Below, piece after piece: positions 30,276 to 37,930 of a stretch of 64,000 bases of DNA. A program made the position numbers and the translations under genes. The DNA comes from Methanobacteriota archaeon. Its GTDB lineage: Archaea > Thermoplasmatota > Thermoplasmata > SG8-5 > JAGLSY01. The notes under the pieces were generated by a model. That model saw only the letters and a list, made by a program, of their open reading frames with translations. It was not told where the DNA came from and searched no databases. The stretch covers positions 448,001-512,000 of the forward strand of contig JAEHCQ010000001.1 in the NCBI GenBank assembly GCA_020696385.1. Reading direction: 5' to 3'. The stretch's first letter is position 1. Each line of letters opens with the position of its first letter.

Positions 30276-31706
30276 ATGATAACTTTTAGTGACAAACAGC
30301 TGAAATCACCAAAGATGCAGAGACCTGTGTATCTTGTCACTGGTGGAATGTCCAAGTTTGCAAGGGCATTCCCGGACAAGAGAACCGAGGAACTGGTCAT
30401 TGATGCAATGACAGAGGCAGCGGAGTTCATAAACATGACACCTGCCCAGCTGAAGAAGTATATCCATACTTGCTACTACGGCCATTTCGCTGACCATTTT
30501 GGCGACCAGCTTCTTGGCGAGTCTGTGATACATGACCGTCTTGGACTGGATCCACTCGGCAACATAGGTGTGAAGACAGGTGGAGCAACAGGAGGCTCGA
30601 CCTTGTGGGAAGCCTACAAGACCGTGGCATCTGGTTACTCGGACTGCACACTGGCCATGGGCTGGGAGAGAATGGATGAAGTGCCAACAGATGAAGGGAA
30701 CAATTACATATCCTTCGCTGCGGACAAAGATTGGGAAACACCAATGGGACACATATACACTGGCTACTACGCAGTCATGGCCCAGAAGTACTGGCAGGTA
30801 TTTGGAAAGGAAGAGGATTCTTTCCGCAGGACAATGGCCGAGATAGCGGTCAAGAACCGTGGCTATGCCAGATTCAACCCCCATGCCCAGGGACCAATGA
30901 AGATCACAGTGGAGGATGTTCTTAACTCGCCCACAGTGGCCTACCCATTACTGGCACTGGACTGTTGTCTGATGAGCGTTGGTGCCGCATGCGGTATACT
31001 GGCCGATGAGAAGACAGCTTATGAGATGACCGACAATCCACTGAGGATCGACATTGGTGCAGGTAGCCATACTCTTAGGGTGGCAGACAGGCGTAACATG
31101 GAGATCCCGCTTTTGCCAAATGAAACAAAGGATCAATACGCAGATCTGGCTCAGAGATTCCCTGGAAGCGATAGATATCCTGGATTCACAGGATTCCTGG
31201 CTGCTAGAGTTGCAGCTCACTATGCCTACAATATGACTGGCATCAAGGATCCAACAGAAGATATGGATCTGGTCGAATTGCACGATGCTTTCACGATAAG
31301 CGATATCCAGACATACGAGGATATCGGTATTCGCCCATACGGTGAGGGAAGGACATACGTGGAATCAGGTGACTGTTACCACACCAACCCTAACACAGGA
31401 CAGCCAGGTAAATTACCGGCTAACTTGAGTGGTGGGCTTCTTGGAAACATGCACTCTGTAGGAGCGACTGGCATCATGCAGGTTCTGGAAATAGGACACC
31501 ACATCTGGGACAGATGGGCAGAGATGCACGGCGATGAGAAGAAATGGGCCAAGTTCGACAGGCAGAAACCAGAGGACTGGACGGACCTGCAGGTCAAGGG
31601 CGCGAAGCGCGGTCTGGCCATCAGCCACGCAGGTGTAGGATCACATGTGACATGTACCATCTTACAACATCCGGACAAGATACTCCCAGGAGGGATGTTT
31701 GAATGA
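30276..31706 (+). CDS. SCP-x/thiolase-fold protein lacking the nucleophilic Cys
   Basis: LDCC..S.GAA, ELHDAF and NLSGGLLG..HSVGATG motifs; the usual ACASG site reads TGGATGG. Confidence 0.85.
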   Translation: MITFSDKQLKSPKMQRPVYLVTGGMSKFARAFPDKRTEELVIDAMTEAAEFINMTPAQLKKYIHTCYYGHFADHFGDQLLGESVIHDRLGLDPLGNIGVKTGGATGGSTLWEAYKTVASGYSDCTLAMGWERMDEVPTDEGNNYISFAADKDWETPMGHIYTGYYAVMAQKYWQVFGKEEDSFRRTMAEIAVKNRGYARFNPHAQGPMKITVEDVLNSPTVAYPLLALDCCLMSVGAACGILADEKTAYEMTDNPLRIDIGAGSHTLRVADRRNMEIPLLPNETKDQYADLAQRFPGSDRYPGFTGFLAARVAAHYAYNMTGIKDPTEDMDLVELHDAFTISDIQTYEDIGIRPYGEGRTYVESGDCYHTNPNTGQPGKLPANLSGGLLGNMHSVGATGIMQVLEIGHHIWDRWAEMHGDEKKWAKFDRQKPEDWTDLQVKGAKRGLAISHAGVGSHVTCTILQHPDKILPGGMFE

Positions 31707-32302
31707 GTTGCGGATGCGAAGAGAACAGAGGCACAGTGAAGGTCGTGAATGGAAGATACAAGCCAAGTGGCAAGTTTCATTTCCCACAGCCAAACACACC
31801 CATCAGGAACGAACAGGGTGTGTTGCTGGGTATAACTAATCCACGTGACATCGTCCACATGCATTCATATGGCGGCGAGGCCATCTTCTTCGAGAGCCTC
31901 GGAAAAGGAAAGCTGATGGCGTCCAGATGTGATAATTCAGATTGTGAAACAACCGGCTCCATCTACATGCCTTTCAGGATCCACTGCCCGGATTGCCTTG
32001 CAAAGAACACTGTGATAGACATAACCGACAAGGCGAAGGCCAACTCGATCGTGCACTCTTTCATGATCACCGAGAGGACCGGGGCTTTCAACACCCTGCA
32101 GATACCCATCAAGTTCGTGAACATCGAGTTCGATGGGGTATGCACCATCTTGATGGGGGCATTGGTCAGGGGCGAGCCAAGCATTGGTATGAAGGTTATT
32201 CCGATATTCAAGACCCAGAACCCGGAATACATCATCACCGATATGCTCTGGGTGGCTGAAGGCACACCTGCATCAGACCTTCCAGAAGGATATTCCTTCT
32301 GA
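31703..32302 (+). CDS. DUF35 (Zn-ribbon plus OB-fold) partner protein
   Basis: FFESLGKGKLMASRC...C...Y.P.RIHCPDC; overlaps the thiolase stop (ATGA). Confidence 0.85.
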   Translation: MSCGCEENRGTVKVVNGRYKPSGKFHFPQPNTPIRNEQGVLLGITNPRDIVHMHSYGGEAIFFESLGKGKLMASRCDNSDCETTGSIYMPFRIHCPDCLAKNTVIDITDKAKANSIVHSFMITERTGAFNTLQIPIKFVNIEFDGVCTILMGALVRGEPSIGMKVIPIFKTQNPEYIITDMLWVAEGTPASDLPEGYSF

Positions 32303-32323
32303 TCGGTAAGCAAACAGAAGAAT

Positions 32324-32364
32324 GCCAGGCGGTGGAATATCCGCCTGGCTCCCTTTCATTTTTT
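32324..32364 (+). terminator. Terminator after thiolase/DUF35
   Basis: gccaggcgg/ccgcctggc 9-bp stem followed by a T-rich tract. Confidence 0.7.
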
Positions 32365-32475
32365 GATGTTTTATTGCATGAGTATGAGCTATGCAGAGCA
32401 TTTTCTCTATAATGCGTATGCGGATCAATGCAAGTATGCCCCGTCTGGATAATTCATAGAATATTCATTAGGGCG

Positions 32476-32660
32476 AAGCTCGGCTTGCCGAGATTCTGAA
32501 AGCTCAGCTTTGCTGAGATTCAGGGTACTATATTCTATATCTCAGCGGGTGACAGTTGTGATGTGCCAGTAGGAAGATAAACTCCTCGCTCTACCAAAGC
32601 GAGGAGTCAAATCAATCCCCGCCTCGAGAGACGCAGGGGCGGGGTCTTTATCCTCACCCA
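32476..32660. repeat. Cluster of palindromic repeats/hairpins
   Basis: aagctcggcttgccgagattc and aagctcagctttgctgagattc tandem palindromes; actcctcgct/agcgaggagt stem; ccccgcc/ggcgggg stem. Confidence 0.55.
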
Positions 32661-32709
32661 GCATAACAAACTAAAACCTAAGCATCAAGCTAGCCAAAGA
32701 AAATATGAT

Positions 32710-32745
32710 AAAAAGGAAAGGGTCGGGCGCCCGAAAGCGCCCGAA
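32710..32745 (-). terminator. Terminator of the S-layer-like gene
   Basis: tcgggcgc/gcgcccga stem; on the minus strand it is followed by ccctttccttttt. Confidence 0.7.
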
Positions 32746-32767
32746 TTTTCTATTGTCCATTACCTAC

Positions 32768-35086
32768 TTATTCCGTTGGTGGTGGAGGTGTCTGGTTCTC
32801 TGGCTCTGACTGGTATGAGCTACTTGGTGCGAAGGAGGTCTCTGTTTCCACAGGTGCTCCGCCCTTTGGGTTTGCCTTCTTGTATTTCTTCACCATGATC
32901 GCTGTGTAGGCGATCAAGAAGCAAGATGCTACCAGAATCAGTATGATCATCGCGTAGTAGAACATACCAACTGTTGATCCTCCAAAGCCAGTTGACTTCA
33001 GGGAGACACCGTGGTTGATACTGGTGAAGTCTCCGAAGGAATCGGTGTAGGCGGTTGCAAAGGTCATGAGATAAACGTGACCGCTTGACATGTCCTTGTT
33101 AGCCTTCATTTCGATCTCGACTTCGACACTCTCGCCTGGTGCAAGGTCTGCAATGTATATTGGCAAAGCATCAGCGATAGGTGCTGCTATGTCACCGTTG
33201 ATCTCATTTGTCTCACCTGCGACACCGATGTTCGGCATTGTCAACCTCACGTTCCTGGCTACGTCGTCACCATTGTTGGTGATCGTCAAAGTCAGGGTAA
33301 AGTCTGCGCCATTCTTGATCTCGCCTGGGGATACGGTTGTGATCTCCAGCTTTGGACCGACACCGGATATAGTAACCCTAGCATCGAGTGTTGTTGTCAT
33401 TGCCGCGCCCATGTCCATATTGACACCGGTTATTGTGACTGGAACCGAGTGAACTCCAGATTCTACCCCTGGTGCGAGGTCCACCCTGAGGGTGACGAAT
33501 TCTGTGCTACCAGCCCAGAGTGTTCCGAGCATTGCTTCCTCGGAGAAATCTGCAGCTGGATCAATAACGTTCAGGAATGGAGATGTCGCACTGTTGGTCT
33601 CTATCTGAAGAACAACGTTTCCGAAGTCAATGTTGCCGAAGTTCTGTACTGCGAGCTGAAGTCCGTTATCAACGATCCTTCCGCCCAGGGACAGTGTGTT
33701 CTGGCTTGTCAACATGAGATCCATCGTGGTGTCTGTGACAGTTATCCATATGAATGGACCGCCGACAGTGCTTGTCTCTGGATCAAGTGTGAAAGCTCCT
33801 GCGCCCATGTTCACACGTGGAATATGTTCTACAGCTCCCATTGTCCAATCAACAACGGTGTTCATGAAGATGTTTGCATCTGGATCCTCGTACATCCCCC
33901 AGAAGGTGAACATAACCTTGTGCTCTCCCTCGGGTATGTAAAGGTCAACACCGACTTCCATGGATGCGGTGGTGGTATCGCCAATTGCAATGTCGCCCAA
34001 TTCGAGCCAGGCATAGCTAACTGTACCATCATCTTCCCAGTGGTCTGCAGGCATGTAAGTGAAAGCATCACTGTCGTCATCCAACTGACATTTTATGCCG
34101 TATAGATCGACGGTTCCGACATTCTCAAATGTCAATGCCCATGTGACCAGAGATGTACCCTGCTCGATGGTATCAACAGATACAGTGACTTCCAACATTG
34201 CGAGCTGGCCGACTATGAAGTCGATATCGCCGGTCTCGATACAATCCACGCCGTTTTCAGTGGTATACATGAGCTCGTAGGTACCTGTGTAGGTGCCGGA
34301 GTCCTTGACTGCGGATACGGATACCATGTACCAGAAGTTCTCGGCCTCGTGCCAATCAATAGTTCCTGGGAACATGGCGGAGTTCTCTGCATCTGTGGTT
34401 CCGAACCACTGGAAATCTCCATCAGGGAGTGTTATTTCCAGAACTGGGTCGACCATACCTTCGTCGCCTGGCATGTCATTATTGGCGTCCAGAAGAACAT
34501 TGATGTTCGTATTTCTGTCACCAGGTATGAGGCCACCGACATTACCGATGTCCGCCCTGTACTCGATGTCGAACAATATCCAGCTAGTGAATGAAAAATC
34601 ACTTCCAGCTGCACTGTTGTTCTTATAGTCGAGTGTGACCGTCAGGTTGTATGTGCCTGGTACAGCATCTCCTCTAACATCGAACTGGAATGGTCCAAAC
34701 TGGTGGCTGTTCCACTGGCTTATTGAACCTCCCCATGGATCTGTGTTGTCAAGGAAACTCTCGAAAGGAGTTGTGACCGTCATACCATTTTCATTTCTTA
34801 TAGTGGTACTGATGGTCATTTCACAAGCATATATTGTATCTGTTGTGTCATCAAGTACATCTGGACTTGATGGCATATCGTCATTGTCTATCTCTACCCA
34901 GAAATTGAAATTCTCTTCTCCTGGGAAGATTGGCCTGTCGTCAACATCGGTCCAATTTATATTGATACCTCTGTCGTCGTCATCATTTATTATATCCGCA
35001 CCGGCTAATGGTATGAATGCCGAGAATCCTGTAAGGATCATGGCAGCTACGATCACCAGTGATAGTATTTTTCCTGTATCTCTCAT
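32768..35086 (-). CDS. COG1361-type S-layer/cell-surface protein (repeated Ig-like/CARDB-like domains, C-terminal TM helix)
   Basis: Signal peptide; repeated N.G...(A/L)..V and PG.Y.L.V motifs; acidic; C-terminal TM helix plus Pro-rich tail; AGGTGA RBS before 35086. Confidence 0.75.
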   Translation of the reverse strand: MRDTGKILSLVIVAAMILTGFSAFIPLAGADIINDDDDRGININWTDVDDRPIFPGEENFNFWVEIDNDDMPSSPDVLDDTTDTIYACEMTISTTIRNENGMTVTTPFESFLDNTDPWGGSISQWNSHQFGPFQFDVRGDAVPGTYNLTVTLDYKNNSAAGSDFSFTSWILFDIEYRADIGNVGGLIPGDRNTNINVLLDANNDMPGDEGMVDPVLEITLPDGDFQWFGTTDAENSAMFPGTIDWHEAENFWYMVSVSAVKDSGTYTGTYELMYTTENGVDCIETGDIDFIVGQLAMLEVTVSVDTIEQGTSLVTWALTFENVGTVDLYGIKCQLDDDSDAFTYMPADHWEDDGTVSYAWLELGDIAIGDTTTASMEVGVDLYIPEGEHKVMFTFWGMYEDPDANIFMNTVVDWTMGAVEHIPRVNMGAGAFTLDPETSTVGGPFIWITVTDTTMDLMLTSQNTLSLGGRIVDNGLQLAVQNFGNIDFGNVVLQIETNSATSPFLNVIDPAADFSEEAMLGTLWAGSTEFVTLRVDLAPGVESGVHSVPVTITGVNMDMGAAMTTTLDARVTISGVGPKLEITTVSPGEIKNGADFTLTLTITNNGDDVARNVRLTMPNIGVAGETNEINGDIAAPIADALPIYIADLAPGESVEVEIEMKANKDMSSGHVYLMTFATAYTDSFGDFTSINHGVSLKSTGFGGSTVGMFYYAMIILILVASCFLIAYTAIMVKKYKKANPKGGAPVETETSFAPSSSYQSEPENQTPPPPTE

Positions 35087-35317
35087 TATATCACCTTTAA
35101 TTTTATTCATATATTCTATTCTTAACGCAATATTCTATTTGCATCCCATTGCATATTGCTCTTCCATTAAGCTTTAAATCTTAGTAATATATAATGATTT
35201 TGTAAGTTTTTATATATAGGATAGCTCACCAATAGTAATAGCCAGTGATATTCACAATAAAAGAGCCAGACTCGTTCTTGACAAAATGTTTTATAAGCAG
35301 ACCACGATCACTATCTG

Positions 35318-36583
35318 ATGACTGATTTCCAGAGGCCAAGGGGCACGAGGGACTTTCCACCAGAGGAGATGGAGCAAAGGCGCATTGTGGAAGATGGCTT
35401 GAGAAAGGTAGCCCGCTCTTTCAATTTTGGAGAGGTGATGACACCCACTTTTGAAAATACGGAACTATTCGTGGCCAAGTCTGGCCCTGGCATCATTGAT
35501 GAGATATATGCTTTCAAGGACAAGGGTGATAGAGAGATATCCCTGAGGCCGGAATTGACAGCCGCGGTCATGCGGTATTATGTCAAGGAGCTCCACACCA
35601 GGCCCAAGCCTCTCAAGCTCTATTATATGGGCAATTGCTTCAGATATGAGAGGCCCCAGAAAGGCAGGTATCGAGAATTCTGGCAGTTCGGAGCAGAGAT
35701 CATCGGCGCACCGTCATTGGATGCGGATGCCGAGGTGCTGGCTCTGGCTTATTATAGCGTGAAAAATCTTGGATTGAATAACACAGTTATGAGAATAGGA
35801 CATCTAGGAGTTCTAAACAAATTCATCGAAGAATTAGGCGTATCTGAATCAATGAAAGTAGAAGTCAGACGAATGATCGATAAGCGTGATTTTGAAAGTT
35901 TGCGCACCCTGCCAGATGGGGCTGGAGCAAAACAGGATGTCACAAATCGTTTAATTGAATTAGTAAGTCTTGATGGTGGTTCAGAAACATTAGAAAAAGC
36001 TAAGAAATTGATGGATGGAGACGATATCTCTCTAAAAGAACTTAAGAAATTGCTAAATATCCTTGAAAAATATGGTATCACTGACTATAAGCTTGATTTT
36101 GGGGTGGCTCGTGGCCTAGATTATTATACCGGCATGGTCTTCGAAATAGATGCACCAAATCTGGGAGCTGAGAAGCAAATATGCGGTGGCGGTGCCTATT
36201 CTCTTTCAGAGACATTCGGTGGCCAGCCAATATCATCCACAGGATTCGCATTTGGCTTTGACAGACTGATGCTGGCTCGTTCCCAAGATGAGGAAGAATT
36301 ATCCAAATTAGATGTTTATTTTATTCCTATTTCAGACGATGCCAGGATGAAATGCTTGGAAATGGTCACTGAAATCAGGAATAATGGAATATCAGCTGAT
36401 ATCGACCTTCTTGGTAGAAAGGTCGGTAAGGCCTTCGGGTACGCGGACACCATCGGGGCAAAGACAGCCATAGTTATCGGTGACAAAGAACTGGCTGAGG
36501 AAAAGGTCATGGTGAAGGATATGGCAACTGGTGATCAGACTCCAATCAACTTCTCCGAATTACTGAAACATTATCAGAATTAA
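35318..36583 (+). CDS. hisS: Histidine--tRNA ligase
   Basis: RPRGTRDF, LRPELTA, FRYERPQKGRYREFWQ, RGLDYYTG and GFAFGFDR motifs. Confidence 0.97.
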   Translation: MTDFQRPRGTRDFPPEEMEQRRIVEDGLRKVARSFNFGEVMTPTFENTELFVAKSGPGIIDEIYAFKDKGDREISLRPELTAAVMRYYVKELHTRPKPLKLYYMGNCFRYERPQKGRYREFWQFGAEIIGAPSLDADAEVLALAYYSVKNLGLNNTVMRIGHLGVLNKFIEELGVSESMKVEVRRMIDKRDFESLRTLPDGAGAKQDVTNRLIELVSLDGGSETLEKAKKLMDGDDISLKELKKLLNILEKYGITDYKLDFGVARGLDYYTGMVFEIDAPNLGAEKQICGGGAYSLSETFGGQPISSTGFAFGFDRLMLARSQDEEELSKLDVYFIPISDDARMKCLEMVTEIRNNGISADIDLLGRKVGKAFGYADTIGAKTAIVIGDKELAEEKVMVKDMATGDQTPINFSELLKHYQN

Positions 36584-37473
36584 TGAACGAGAGTGAATTG
36601 AACATGAAACTCACACCACTGGCATCCGACTCCATGGGTGCCAGGGCCATGTGTTTTTTGATACAAACAGATGATATCAGGATAGTTATAGATCCGGCTG
36701 TCGCACTCGGCCCTATCAGGTTTGGACTTCCACCACATTCCAGGGAACTGGCAAGGTTCGAAGAGCTTCAAAATAAGATTTATGAGGAAGTTGAAAAAGC
36801 AGATATCCTCACCATCTCGCATTATCACTTCGATCACCATGACCCGGAGAATCCAGATATATGCCAGGGCAAGCGGATGTTAATTAAGCATCCACTTGAG
36901 AACATCAATAAAAGCCAGACAAAGCGATCCAAGGATTTTCTGAAGCTGATCGATGGAAAGCCAAAGTCCATCGAGTATGCGGATGGCCAGACCTTCAAGT
37001 TCGGAGATACGAAACTTGAATTCTCCGAGGCTCAGGCGCATGGCACGAATACCAAGCTGGGATATGTGATCCAGCTTGCGGTGACTGATGGTGATATGAC
37101 ATTCGTGCACACCTCGGATGTGGAGGGGCCCAGCCTGGATGATCAACTGGATTTTATCCTAAAGCAAAGACCGGATGTGCTGGCCTGCGATGGTCCCATG
37201 ACCTACCTGATGTACAAATATGGTAGGGTGGCATTGGAAAGATCCGTCGAGAATCTCAAGAGAATTATCGACGAAACATCTATCCAGAACTTGCTTCTGG
37301 ATCACCATCTTTGCCGGGATGGCAAGTGGCGGGAGAAGTTGGTGGATGTCATCAAACATGGGGAAGATAATGACTGCAAAGTCATGACCTTTGCAGAGTA
37401 TGCTGGCCTTGAGGAAAGTTTGCTGGAAGCGCAGAGAAAGATACTGCATAATGAAGAACCAGATGAAAAATAG
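36583..37473 (+). CDS. Metallo-beta-lactamase-fold hydrolase (UPF0282-like)
   Basis: ISHYHFDHH, AHG, HTSDVEGP and DHHL.RD motifs. The start may be 36604. Confidence 0.85.
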   Translation: MNESELNMKLTPLASDSMGARAMCFLIQTDDIRIVIDPAVALGPIRFGLPPHSRELARFEELQNKIYEEVEKADILTISHYHFDHHDPENPDICQGKRMLIKHPLENINKSQTKRSKDFLKLIDGKPKSIEYADGQTFKFGDTKLEFSEAQAHGTNTKLGYVIQLAVTDGDMTFVHTSDVEGPSLDDQLDFILKQRPDVLACDGPMTYLMYKYGRVALERSVENLKRIIDETSIQNLLLDHHLCRDGKWREKLVDVIKHGEDNDCKVMTFAEYAGLEESLLEAQRKILHNEEPDEK

Positions 37474-37520
37474 GCAATCCTCTTAAATAATTTCATGCGC
37501 TTACACTATTGGGAGATACA

Positions 37521-37751
37521 ATGTTAACGTGCTTTGTTCTGATTAATGTGAATGCGAAGATGGAGGACGATGTCTATAATGGTCTGGCAGCCATAAAAGA
37601 GGTCGAGGGTATCAGAGAGGTCTTTGGCCAATATGACATCATTTGCCGTGTGGAGGGAAAGGACCTGAAGGCCATACGCAAGACGATCATCAATGATATC
37701 CGTAATGTACCTGGCATCACGGCCACCACCTCGCTCATGACAGCGGAATAA
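37521..37751 (+). CDS. Lrp/AsnC ligand-binding-domain protein
   Basis: FVLINV, VFGQYDII and IRNVPGITATTS; stand-alone RAM domain; GGAG RBS. Confidence 0.85.
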   Translation: MLTCFVLINVNAKMEDDVYNGLAAIKEVEGIREVFGQYDIICRVEGKDLKAIRKTIINDIRNVPGITATTSLMTAE

Positions 37752-37752
37752 G

Positions 37753-37857
37753 TCAGTTTATAGAGTTTTTGGAGTTTTTGGAGTTTTACCAAGTACATCC
37801 CACACCCAGAAAACTTAAACTCCACAAACTCTCAACTCTACAAACTCCACAAACTGA
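37753..37857. repeat. Inverted array of ~9-bp microrepeats (GAGTTT.. / ..AAACTC)
   Basis: Left arm tcagtttatagagtttttggagtttttggagtttt; right arm aaactccacaaactctcaactctacaaactccacaaactga. Confidence 0.7.
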
Positions 37858-37930
37858 TAAACGTTTTATATCATACTTTATATCACTCCTTAAACCACTT
37901 TTAGTGGATCAGAATCCAGTAGGGGATACT

